This document shows positions 22,906-35,565 of a DNA stretch of 64,000 bases, piece by piece. The notes beneath the pieces were generated by a model. The model was not told where the DNA came from. It was given only the letters and a program-made list of their open reading frames with translations, and searched no databases. Position 1 is the stretch's first letter. Each line of letters opens with the position of its first letter. Origin of the DNA: Antechinus flavipes (lineage: Eukaryota); assembly GCF_016432865.1 (NCBI RefSeq), contig NC_067400.1, positions 615,970,001-616,034,000 on the forward strand, in the 5' to 3' direction. A program made the translations under genes and the position numbers.

Positions 22906-23848
22906 TGAAGTGCCCTGTGGGAGACAGGATCCACTTGCAGACTCGGGCTCCCTGCCCGGGCCGAGTCTCTTGGGCAGAAGTGGCCGACGGGAGCATCCGG
23001 GAGCATGGAATGGTCTAGCCTGGGCCCAGGGAGCAGCGGCTCGGGCAGCCTCTGAGAACAGCGGCCTCCCTGGCTGGCCTCCAGCGCTCGCCCTGACGTC
23101 GGGCCAGGAGCCGGGACTCCCACGCCTTCCGGACCTAAGAATAGCTGGTTTCCAGCTGAGGAAACGCAGATGGGAGTTTAATGTGGCCGCTCACGTGCGC
23201 TCCGGGGAGGGGACGGCCTTAGGGAGAGGGAAGGGCGCCCCTTGTAGCTTGGTGGTTCATTCTCCAGCATTCACTCAGCGTCTGCTGGGGGCCCTTGTCC
23301 TTCTGTTTCACTCGTATCTGACTCCCCAGGAGCCCTTTGAGGGGTTTGGGGGACGGACGTACTGGAGGCCTTTGGCTTCTCCTCCAGCTCATTTTACAGA
23401 TGAGGAAACTGAGGCAAATGGGGTTAAGTGGCCGCCGGGGTCACGCAGCTAGAAAGTACTTGGGGCTGGATTTGAGCTCAGGTTTCCCTGGCTCCAGGCT
23501 CGGTGCTCTATCCCCTGCACAGCCCAGCTCTGCCGTACCCCAGGCGGGGGGCCGGGAAGCCAGAGAAACCCCCAACCGCCCCTGCCCTCAGGGAGCTTGC
23601 CCGCTTTGGGCCGAGATCTTGGTCTCTGCTGCCGAAAATACTTTGTCAGGATTGGGTCTTGGGGAGTTAGCGCTCGGAGGAGCCCAAGGGATTCTGGGAC
23701 CACGTCTCCTCTCAATGGGGTCTTCTGGAAGGCAGGGAGGAGAAGCTCCTTCCTGAGGTCCGCAGGCAGGGGATGTGGGGGGTGGGGGCCGCTGCTGCTC
23801 TGCCGCCTCCGACTGCTCTGCCCTCTCCAGCACAGGGAGACATCCGCT

Positions 23849-24425
23849 CCCTCCCCCGGGGTCCACAAGGGGAGCACAACTGAGCTATCTCACTCCCCTC
23901 CCCCGGGGTCCACAAGGGGAGAACAACTGAGCTATCTCATCCCCCCTCCCCCGGGGTCCACAAGGGGAGAACAACTGAGCTATCTCACCCCCCTCCCCCG
24001 GGGTCCACAAGGGGAGCACAACTGAGCTATCTCACCCCCCTCCCCCGGGGTCCACAAGGGGAGCACAACTGAGCTATCTCACCCCCCTCCTCCAGAGGTC
24101 ACCAGGGGAGCACAACTGAGCTATCTCATCCCCCCTCCCCCAGGGTCCACAAGGGGAGCACAATTGAGATAACTCATCCCCCTCCCCCAGGGTCCACAAG
24201 GGGAGCACAACTGAGCTATCTCACCCCCCTCCTCCGGAGGTCACCAGGGGAGCACAACTGAGCTATCTCACCCCCCTCCCCCGGGGTCCACAAGGGGAGC
24301 ACAACTGAGCTATCTCACCCACATATCCCTGGGGGTCACCAGGGGAGCTCAGGTGAGGTATCTCACCCCTGTTCCCCAGGAGTCACAAGCTATCTCACCC
24401 CCCTTCCCCCGGGGGTCACCAGGAG
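23849..24425. repeat. Minisatellite B, 10 units of 47-48 bp plus degenerate end units
   Basis: CCCCGGGGTCCACAAGGGGAGCACAACTGAGCTATCTCACCCCCCT; core at 23878, 23925, 23973 ... 24303. Confidence 0.95.
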
Positions 24426-25986
24426 AACTTGGCTGGGAAGAAGGGACTGCAGACCTGGGAGCTGGCTGGGTTTTTCTGCCCTGGACCCTTTTGCTATGGG
24501 GAACTCCCGAGTCTCTAGGGGGCGCCGTGGTGCATCGAACCCTGGACGAACGGATCTCCCCTAGTTCAAATCTGGCCTTCAGCGCATTGGATCGTCCCCA
24601 TTCGTAGATGAGCTGCGTGACCCTGTTTGCCTCAAAAACAAAACTAGAAATCCCACTGTTTTCCCTTTAATTTCCCTCCCGTGATTGTACCTCATTTTCC
24701 CCGTCAGTTTACACCGTGGATACTAAGAAATGCTACAAATCGGGCTGGTTTCATTGCTGTTACTGCTTGGACTTGAGAAAGGGGCCGCTCTCTGGGCCTC
24801 CTTCCCTACTTTGCTCCCCTCTAAGCCCTGGATGACCGGCTGTCCCCGACGCCACCCCCAGGTTCAGTTCGCTTCCCTTGGCCCCAGGGAGCCCCCCTTC
24901 ATTCCCGCCCCTCAGGCTCCGCTCGGTGAAGCTCTGTCCGTGCCTCTCCCCCAGCAGGCTGCCTCCTTCCTCGGTTTCCTTAAACAGCCCTCGTCTGGGA
25001 TGTGTGATCTTTGCAGGGAAATCCCAGCAATGTCTCTCTTACCATGGCCTTTGTCCCCCAGCGCCCGGCGCACAAGTGCTTCGTGAATATTTGCTGACCC
25101 TTGGGGGGCTTAATATTTACCTGTTCAACTGATCTGAGTGAGAGAGGAACCACCGAGCACTAACCATTGTCCCACCTGGCTGTCCCACAGCACAGGAGCC
25201 GGCCACCTCGGTAATGAATGAAGCTCGTTGGAAATGTCCTTGGGTTCGAAGGCAAGCTCCCATTTGGAAGAGACCCCGGAAGCTGTCAGCTGCTCGGAGG
25301 GGGCTCTCCTTCCCACTGATGCTGCTTCCTTTCTGGGCCACTTCCCCAGACCCACACACATCAGTCAGCCAGCTCCCTCCATGGTGTCCTTGATAAGTGC
25401 TCCTCCCTTCTTGGAGGAGCCCCCCCCACTCCCCGGGCGCCCACTTTGGGATGGTCTACTCGGCACCAAATCCGTGCCGACATGGAGCCGAAATCTGCTG
25501 CTTCCCGTTGCTCCAGTCAGAACCAGACGAATCCCTCTTCCGCCAAACGGCTCTTTCTGTGAGCCCTCTCTTCTTCGCATTGAGCACCCGGCTCTCTGTC
25601 TCTGTCCTCACGTGAGTGAAGGCCTTCCTTTTAAAATCCTCTAGGAGCCTCTGAATTCCTCTCTCCCCAGTAACCCCAAGTCAGTGAGTCCCACGACTCC
25701 GGGACTGGCTCCTTCGGCCCAATTTATCGTTCTTGTTTGTGGGTGAGGTTTGTGACCATCTCTCTGACCCCAACCGGGGCTTTCTGGGCAAACATAATCG
25801 GACGGCTCGTTGTTTCCTTCTCCAGTTCGTTTTACGGCTGAGGAAACAGAGGCAGACAGAGTTAAGTGACAGGTCACACAGCTAGTAAGGGTCAAATCAC
25901 CAGACGTGAACTCACGGGGATGTCTTCTTAGCTCCCAAAAACAAACCATGTTCCTAGACCAGAAAAATTTATGTGAGTATGTATGT

Positions 25987-25988
<2 letters not shown>

Positions 25989-26030
<42 letters not shown>
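25989..26030. repeat. (AC)21 microsatellite
   Basis: Perfect dinucleotide run. Confidence 0.98.
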
Positions 26031-26032
<2 letters not shown>

Positions 26033-27539
26033 CTTGTACCTGTCTCTCAGATGAGAAAACCTGCCTCTTGTCCCTTCTATTGCCCGTTTAGGCAGAAATC
26101 ACAGGCTCTTTTAGAGGGAAGGGCTGAACAATATTTCAGAGAGATCTATCCACCTCCCAGGAAGCTGCATTTAGGCATCGATAACCTACCCAATGAACAC
26201 AAAACAAAATAAAACAGAATTAAAAGCCCTTGGACTTCAGCGGCGCTATTAATGAGGCATGAACACTCAACTCAGTTCACAAATTCATTTTCCCACAGTG
26301 AACAGAGCCTGCTCTCCAGAGTCCTCAGCAGGGAAGAGTTCCTGTTTGTTGTGCTCCGCCCCGTAGCCTTTCCATGTTATAGTCACAGGGAAAGGGACCA
26401 GATCTGTGATTTCTTTGGGACAGGGATCTTCTGTTTGAGAAAACTCCATCTACCAATATTGGGCAACAGCTCAATGACAAGTAGTATTGGAGAGCTGGTG
26501 AATGGTGAAAGGTTGGATAACTTGGCTGGGTCTACACTGCCCCTATCCATGATTCCATGGGTTTTTTCATAATAGTCACAGGGTGACTTCCTCAGTGACC
26601 GACCACTCATCCTCATGGAGGGGCAGCAGTCCCAGAATCCTTCAAGGATCTCTAATATTGCCCAGCGTTCTATTAGACCTGAGGTCCCATGGGCTATTTA
26701 GCCATTCTTTATCCCAGGCAAGGTTTCCAAGGCAATCTGGGGCAGCTCCTCCTTGGCTGGCCCCAGACTCCATCCAAGATGGGGGTTCGAAGGTTTGTCC
26801 GTCCCTGGCAAAGTGAATCCCACCCGAAATATCTGGAGAGTCGGCTCGCCGTCATCACGTCAGATGCTTTCTGAGCCAGCTGCCTGGCTTGGTTCCTGGC
26901 TATGCCCTCTGGCACGGTGCCATAAGGCCAGTTCCATTCCTTGGATTTGTAATGACTGTTCAATGCAATCATCCGGTTACTGTAACAATTACAGGTCTTT
27001 CCTCCCGTGCTTTGCATGTTTGGTCTGCAGAATGTTTTGTTATCAATATCCCTACTTTTCCATCCTGCCCCCAGTATTTATGGCAAGGCCGGGGAGCAGA
27101 AACAGAGAGGGTGCTGCCAGTAACTGGTAGGAAAGCCTACCTCCTCCTTGCAGGAGTGCTTGCATAAACCAGAAAGCTACCGCCCCTTCCTTAGCTTTCC
27201 TCCCCTTCCTCTCCCCTTCCTCACGAGAGATACCCAATTAAATTCCTCATCGCACTCCTCATACTTTTCTTCCCCACTCCAGCATGAGCCTCACGTGTCT
27301 CCCGGTCTCTCCTCCTTCCATGAGAGTTAGGGAGGTAAAGGCCAAAAAGCAAGCAGGTGGCTATTTTCTATTTTCAAAGTTTGCTGGGGGTGAAGGGTCA
27401 GCACCTACAGGTCCTGGAGATCCAGGGAGATTTCTCTCTACTTACCGTATGGACATCTTATGTTGTCTCCCCCATTAGAACGTAAGCCTCTTGAGGTCAG
27501 GGTAGGTTTTGTGCTCGGAATGTTATTGTTCCATCATCT

Positions 27540-27730
27540 TTCAGTTGTTTGACCCCATTTGGGGTTTTCTCGGCAAAAAACATTGGCCCTTTCCTTCTCC
27601 AGCTCATTTTACAGATGAGGAAACTGAGGCAGACAGGGTGAATGAAGCTAGTAAGTGATGAGACTCAGGAAAATAAGTCTTAACTCCCTGCTGGACAATC
27701 TACGCACCATGGCGCCACCTAGTGGCCCTT
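27540..27730 (-). mobile_element. MIR/MAR-type CORE-SINE carrying a perfect CTCF motif
   Basis: CORE sequence ctcattttacagatgaggaaactgaggc at ~27603; the SINE head reads CCACTAGGTGGCGC on the minus strand (27725-27712). Confidence 0.75.
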
Positions 27731-29787
27731 CCTGGCACGCAGTGAGTGTCTGGGCTAGTCGGCCGCAGGATAGCATTATGGTGGCCAGCACCTTGGAGAG
27801 CGGCAGCCGGAGACTAGGGAGGAAGCGGCTCAGTTGGGTAGGCAGTGTTCTCACCCGGGGAAACGCCTTCCCCTAATATCTGTGCCCTTTGCTGCCTCCA
27901 ACTTTTGTTGGATAGTGGATGCCAGGCCAAGAGAGACCCCAGGACGTGAAATGTTAGTGCTGTAGCGGAGTCAGAGTCGCCCCCTCCCCTCCACTTTACA
28001 GATGAAGAAACTGAGACCCACAGACTGGAGGCAACTTGTCCAAGAGCCATAGGAAGAGCGGGCTACGGCTTGGACAAGATGTCCTGGCTTTGCATCTTCC
28101 TATTATACCAAATAAACCAATATCCACAAAGTGCCCGGCACATAACAGCACTTCTCAGATCTTGTCTCCCCCCCCTCCTCCCACTCCCCATCAGCCCCAT
28201 ATTCTGGGCTCCACATCTGGGCCCTGGGAGGGGGGGTAATGTCTTCTTCTCTCAGAGGCTTCTCCTCATCTGCCGCGGGGCACCCTACAGCTTCTTGCCG
28301 CAGGTGAGAGCTGGCTGTCAGGTGGACGCCAGCCCTGAAACGGACTCCCCAGCTCCCGTATTAGGGGAACAAGTCCTCCTGGACACCCCACACACTCACT
28401 TACCAGCTGCGTGATCCTTAAGCCACTTACATTTGCCTGCATAAAACTAGAAGAAAATGGCAAACCACCTCAGTCACTTTGTCAAAAAAATCTCATGGAC
28501 AGTCAGTCCATGGAGTCACGAAGAGTTGGATGCAGGACTAAAGAACAACTATAATGATACTAAGTGACATTTAAATTAATTTTCAAGGTTCCAAGAGCTC
28601 TCTATATGTTGAGTCATTTGGTCTTCAGAGATGACCGTCCAGCTATTCTGTTTTTATTTCGTACACTTCTACTGCCTGTCACTGAGTCTCCCCCATGAGA
28701 ATGTCAACTTTGAATCAGGAAGAAGCTGAGTTGGGGGGCAGGGGAGAGACTCCTGCCTTCTCTGCCCACTGTGGGATACATTAGACAAAGCTCTGTCTGT
28801 GATGTCAGATGACTCAAGTTCCCTTCTAGTGCTACCCCTCACTATCCATGTGACTATGGGTAAGTGACTCTACTTACAGGCCTGTTCCCCCATCTGTCGT
28901 TTGGGAATGTTGGGCTCCCCATTGGCTTCTTCCAGCTCTAGAGCTACTTCTACTGCCAGGCTAGGAGCTCTCATGAACATAATTATCTCTGATCACAAAG
29001 ATCAAATAAAGGACCATAATTCCCTTTCCTAGAAGGCTTTTGAAGAAGGAAGAAATTATTCTCATTTTGCAAAGCAGGAAAGAGTCCCAGAGAGAGGAAA
29101 CTATTTACCCATCTTTACAAAACAACAGGCCCCCTGACTTCCTGTCCAGTCCTTGCCTTTCCCTCCCAAATGACCTTCGGCAGGTGCATGCCAATCCAAT
29201 ACGTGGGCTTTAGAAATATCCTCATTTTTGCCTTACAACAACCTGGGAACTAGATGCTACATCTATTCCCATTTTACAGGAGAGAAAACTGAGACAGGCA
29301 GAAATTTACAGGTTCACACAGCAAGGAAAGATTTAAACTGCAATCTTCCTGATTCCACACCCAGCACTCTATGCTGATTATTTTTTTTTTAAGATCACAT
29401 CATTCATTGTCAAGTGGTGATGGATGCTTTCTTTGGGGTCTTTCGTCTTAGACCTGTCCCTTAAAGAAGCTTCCAACCCTCTGCTCCTGGAGTGGGAAGT
29501 CATTCCAGAAATAGGTTTCAGGAATACTGCTTGGAAAACTTGAGCCAGAGCTGAAAGTCTTCACTTTGGAAGAGTTCCCTGAGGCATTTTCCCTGGACAG
29601 GAAGTCGGAAGCCCTGGGTTCATATTCTTGTAGGTCACTTTAATTCTCCGGGCCTCAGTTTCCTGATCTGCAAATTGGGCAAGGGCTGGTGGATCAGATC
29701 TCCGAAGCCCCTTCCAGTCCTGAGTGCAGCAAGCCAACACAGAGCTCTAACCTCGGGATTTCTTTTCCCTGTACTTGTCTCCTTTGC

Positions 29788-29801
29788 CCACAAGAGGGCG
29801 C
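29788..29801 (+). promoter_or_regulatory. CTCF-like motif
   Basis: CCACAAGAGGGCGC (13/14 to consensus). Confidence 0.5.
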
Positions 29802-32251
29802 TCCATCCTCACCATTAACGCCATCCCCTTAAAGCCAGCAAAGCCCGGGTTGCCTGACTCCTCGGGGAATAGCAGAGGAACAGACCCCAAGTGCTCCCAT
29901 CACTCTCCTGACTCCTCCCCTCCCTGTAGGGTTCATGAGGGGCCTGATGAAAACTGGGGAGATGGGAGGGGGAAGAAGCAGACTGAGTTCCTGCTGTGCT
30001 CCTGAGATCAGAGTGCTGGGAGCCAACGGAAGATTATACATTCTCTCTGTTGAGGAAACTGAGGCAGAAGGCTCTCTGCCTAACGGTTAAGTCATTTGCC
30101 TTAGGTCATCCAGGCTATGTTTAGAAAGCTGGGCTCAAACACAGCTTCTCCGATTGTGAATGAACTGAAGCATCTTATAGACCACCCATTTGGGGTTCTT
30201 CGTTTTGGAAGTGGGATGGCGTCATGAAACATGAGGAGGGAAGGGAAGGGACTTGCTCAAGATCACACACTGGATTAGCTCTAGAATCCAAATCTCCAGC
30301 TTGCCTATCTGACTCCCATATCTCTAAGCCCCTTTTGGTCCAGCTTCACGGGATTTGAGCTGGAAGTGTCCTAGGTAGCCCATATCCCAGACTCATCTAT
30401 ATTATTCCTGACAGGTTGTCATCTAGCTTCTGAATGAATGAATAAATGGGGCACTAATTCAATATTTTCTGCATGCTAACACCGTGTTACAAAAACAAGA
30501 CACTCCGGCCTCTCAGAGAACTCACATTCTACTGGGAGGGACCACATACATACAGAGTTTCAGCTACAAGTCAGAAGAAAAGTTCCCATGATCCTTAGCT
30601 AGGAGTGCTTCTTTAAAGGAACTCCCATAAGCAGATCCTTATCTGCTGCCCAATCATTTGCCAAAGGCCGAAGCAAGACCTTTCCTTTCTGAGTTTGAAA
30701 TAGCTGTGATGGAAGCCCCTCCAGGGGCAGTGTTTAGGCTGTATTTCCGCAGGAGTTACTTCACAGTAGGACGGTTAAAGGCCCCAGACTGGAAGCTTGG
30801 CCATTCTCAAGGCTCTCGGAGGCAGCATTCGGGCCTTGTCTCCATCAGGATCTGAAGATGACGGTGGTAAGAGAGTGGTGACTTACCTCACCTGCTACCT
30901 ATTGCCTCCTGTGTCTCCCCAGGGCGCCCTCTTGGCTCAACTAGGCTGGCTTGCCTTCTCTGTGAGTAGGAATAGGGACGGAGGCTGGAGGGCAGAGGTG
31001 GTCACAGCAGTGATGGTCACCGCCACAGCTTCTGTCCTTTGGTGCCTATTGGTGGCGGTGGTTCAGCAGTCATTGCTGCTGGGGGCCCTTTCTCCCCGGG
31101 GATTTCTTCCCTCAATGCTAACCATTGGGCCCTACAAGAAGGGAACCACTACTTCCAGGGCCGACTTTCGAGCAGCATTTGGACAGCTCCCAGAGTTGGG
31201 GCCTTAAACCAGCACATTCTCTGCCATTCCCACCCAGGGCTCTCAGTACTCCCTCTGGGGCCAAGGAGAGCTAGTCTGGCAACTACAGTGACAGGGATTG
31301 ACCTGTCTCTCACCCAGAACCCAGGCGGTTTTAATTCTAGAGCGACTTCTTCAGGCTCAGTAAAAATGCCTGGAGGGAGTGGGCAGGGAGGGGAGAAGGC
31401 CCAGGAAGGGAAAGCTGGCAGAATCCCAAAGCTAGAAGCCCAACCCTAGTTTACTTTCCCTGAGATGAGTAAAGTTGGGCCCCTTTAACTCATGGTTCCA
31501 AGATATACTCACACATTTGTAGTAAAAGCTCATAGTAAAATCTCATCAGCCTGTTCCAATTAGGCAACCAGTCAATAAAGATTTGTTTTGTACCATGTGT
31601 CAGACACCATGCTAAGTGCTGGGAAAACAACCCTGCCCTCGAGGAGTTTATCATCTGACGAGGGAGACAACAAGCAAATGAATATATATGGGACAGTGCA
31701 GGACAAATCAGAGATAATTATCAGAGGGGAGAAGCTAGAATTAAGAAGCTTCCTGTGGAAGATGGCATTTCCTTTGGGGCTTAAAGGAAGTCAGGGATGT
31801 CAGGGGTCAAAGTGGGAGAGGGAAAGCTAGGAAGCTGTTTCTAGGGAATCATGAGACGCTCCATTAATGATTCTCGGCTACTATCACTGGACCTAGAGGG
31901 TTGGACCTGGAGAAAGATCTGAGGTCAAATTCAGACACAGATACTTACTAGTTGTGTGATCTTAAACAAATCCCTTAACCTCTCTCTGCCTAGCTTTCCA
32001 CAATTATAGGATGGAGATAATATTAACATCTATACCCCAGGGTTGTTGTGAAGATCAAATGAGATAATATTTGTTAAAAGCACATAGTATAGTGACTGGC
32101 ACATAGAGGAACTGTATAAATGCTTATTCTCCTTTTTCCTTTATTTGGTCATTTCACTCCCCACAACTGGAGAGAGGTCATGCTATAAGGAGAGAAGTCT
32201 CTGATCCCATATGGACTCTAAAAAAATGGGACTCGAACTTTGGACATTTTT

Positions 32252-32528
32252 NNNNNNNNNNNNNNNNNNNNNNNNNNNNNNNNNNNNNNNNNNNNNNNNN
32301 NNNNNNNNNNNNNNNNNNNNNNNNNNNNNNNNNNNNNNNNNNNNNNNNNNNNNNNNNNNNNNNNNNNNNNNNNNNNNNNNNNNNNNNNNNNNNNNNNNNN
32401 NNNNNNNNNNNNNNNNNNNNNNNNNNNNNNNNNNNNNNNNNNNNNNNNNNNNNNNNNNNNNNNNNNNNNNNNNNNNNNNNNNNNNNNNNNNNNNNNNNNN
32501 NNNNNNNNNNNNNNNNNNNNNNNNNNNN
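32252..32528. other. Assembly gap (N run); others at 41559-41727, 46240-46507, 54945-55181
   Basis: Runs of n. Confidence 1.
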
Positions 32529-35067
32529 TGACCCTGCTGTTTCCCAGAGACCCAGACAATATAGGGGTGAGTGTGCCCCCTTGGAAGAAAGGGGAATGGA
32601 AATGTCTGTGCCCTGCTTCTTGTTGCAACTTCAAAGTAAATATAGCTCTATAAAAGCTGATCCATGTTAATTAGTTCAATGGAACTGGGACCTTGTCACT
32701 GGCAGCTAGGGGTAGGATAGGGAGAGAGCCACAACATAATGGAGGCTCAAGCCAATAGCATTAAAGAGGGATACCCCCAATTTTTTAGCAACAACCCAGG
32801 ACATCCTCAGAAGGGGATATGACTCCAGCCTCGTTCTGAGAGAACGATGCCAGAGTACTTTCTGCACACCGCAACTTGGCAGGTTTATACCAATTTATCC
32901 CGGATATCACCAGACCTCTGACTCATAAGATAAATTAGAGAAAGTTGCCAATTCAGTAAGAGTCTGTTACTTGCCCAGAGTCCCATAATCAGTAACAGGG
33001 AAAAGCAAGACTTATAGCAGCTCTGCCAGAATCCAAATGTAGTATTCCATCCAACACACACACACACACACGCACATCTGCCTGTGCACACCTATGTGTG
33101 TTTTGTTTCTTTTTTCTATCCATCCCTGTGATCTCTCCTTATCTCTGTCTCTCTCGCTTTCTCTCTGTCTCTGACTGCCTGTCTCAGTCTCTGTCTTTCT
33201 CCTTAAATTCCCTATGTCCCACTCTAAACTCTAAACGGTTTTATGAACTCCCGGAAAATGGAGTTCAGTGTCTCGAAGAGACAAGGATGTCTTTCCGGCA
33301 TGGAACAGCCTTTCTTCAGGGCAAGCAAAGGATCCTAAATTTAAGGCTAAGAAGAATTTCAGAGGCCGTTAAGCTCAACCTCCTTGAGCACACAATGAAG
33401 GTAAAAGAATTGGAAGGGAGAGGCATTAGAAGCTGAGGGGATGAGAAGGACCTCATATAAAAGAAGGGTTTTGAACTGAGTCTGAAAGAAAACAAAGCCG
33501 TTAAGAGGAAAAGTGTCCCAGGTATTTTCCATGATTACAAGGATAAGAAGGAAAAATGCTCAGGAGTCAGGAGATAGAGAATTCTAGGGAGGGGGGCAGT
33601 GTCATCCTCTGGGAATTTAGCTGGGATGAAGGTCTCAGAGCTTGAAACGAAAGCTTGGCTCCAAACTTGCTCCAACCTGCCAGAGGGTGTGCCCCCTTGC
33701 CCTGCGTCACTTCCTTTCCATAATGAAACATCAGAAGCTGGGAAGATCAGAAGTGTGATCACGTTGCTTCCTCCCGGCTTTCTTCAGGTCACAATTAAAA
33801 CCGCTCATTGGAGAGGAAGCCTTTTCCAATCCTCCTAATCCTAATACCTTTCCTCTGAGATTATTTCCCATTTATCCTGCATAGGGCTTGTTTGTACAGT
33901 TGGTTCGTCACTGGTGGAACCTGAGACAACTGATGACTTTGTGAAACTCCGCCTCATTTACATTCAGTTTACCCCTGAACCAAACCATCACCCTACGATG
34001 TCATCAGCCTCTTTGAAACGAGGGGTAAACAAAATGTTTGAGTTTCTGAGCATATCATTTTTATTAAATAATGCATTCCCATTGCAGGACAAATCTGGAC
34101 TAGCATCCTCAGCGTGGCGGTGCACCTCAAAATATAGAGGAAGACAGATTGTCATGCATGAGAAGAAAAGAATCAACAGGATATAAAACAGGATACAAGA
34201 TTAGGTCATCTGATTTCTAATTGGGAAAAAGACTTTCTGAGTTTTAAAGGGGTGAATAAATTTCAACAGTTGGGAGAGGGAGAGAATGAAGGGATACAAT
34301 TCACCAAGATCAGATAAAGAGGTGACCCACTCCCCACAAATGTCTATATTCAATCAATCAGACGAATCAGGAAACAGTAACTGATTGCCCAATACAAGAT
34401 CAATTTTCTGATAAGACATATGGATTTTTTGAGTTGTACTACTGTGAGAAAACTTACATTATTCTTTGGATCTGACTGGATTTCTCTGGTCAGAAATACT
34501 AAGTCCCTTAGTTAAGGGTCTTTAAGCAGCAGGTGAAAGAAATCCAGCTTCCCAGCCATTCAGGGCTGGGTTTAAACAATGCTATAAAGTTTTCTCACAA
34601 TTCACAAAATTGAATATAATTTTCTGACAAGACAGAAAATAGACTAGACCCATGATCAGATAGAGAGTGACTGGAGCCACAAGCATCCATGGGATTCACT
34701 CAATTCCCACAATTCCCATAGTTTACATATTGACTCTGATTAACACATAAAAGTCACATTAGATTGTAAGATCCCCAAGGACAGGAATTGTCTTTTGCCT
34801 TTCTCTGTAAACAAAGATCTTGGCACAGTGCCTTGCATTTGGTAGGCTAGACTGCCTGGCCTTTTTCATTGAAGAGATTTCCCAAGCGGCTGATAAGGGG
34901 TTCTTTCCCCTTCTTTCTTACAGATTTCCATCATCTCTTTTCTCAAGAGAAATACTGAGAAGCACACACTGTGCCTGACATTTATCTCTATATCTGGTTT
35001 TCTTGAATTAACCTAAATATTGAAATGTTACCTGTGGCTGGTTCAGAGCATGACCTTTTCTTGACGG

Positions 35068-35098
<31 letters not shown>

Positions 35099-35565
35099 GC
35101 TAAGGCAATTGGGATTAAGTGACTTGCCCAGGGTCACACAGACAGGAGTGTTAAAGGTCAGATTTGAATTCAGATCCTCCTGACTTCAGGTGCACCACTC
35201 AGCTGCTCCTTCTTGAGGTCTTTATTCCTCTTATGTTTCTCTAGTGAATGGGGAAAAAAATCATAAATACACCTGAATGTTTGGGGTTAATAATTTAGTC
35301 TATAGAGAAGGTTCCAATTCCATCTGACTTCCTTTCTCTACAAAGAAAATAAATTAAAAGCACAAATTGCAAATATGATTTCTAGGATACTTGAGTCCCC
35401 AGGCAATCTCTTTTTTAAAAAATTATTTATTTATTTAACATTTTCCCTCACTTATATATAAAACAATTTTTTAACACTTGTTTTTAAGACTTTTGCATTT
35501 TAGGTCTCTTCCTTATCCCCACCTATAATTAAGAAACCACATGTAAAATTATGCAAAACATTTCT

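Noticed and set aside
18919-24425. Regularly spaced repeats resembling CRISPR arrays
   Set aside because: Units are contiguous with no unique spacers, no cas genes are present, and the context is eukaryotic; they are minisatellites.
24510-24640. tRNA-like A/B-box sequence
   Set aside because: These are decayed tRNA-derived SINE heads, not a cloverleaf-forming tRNA gene.
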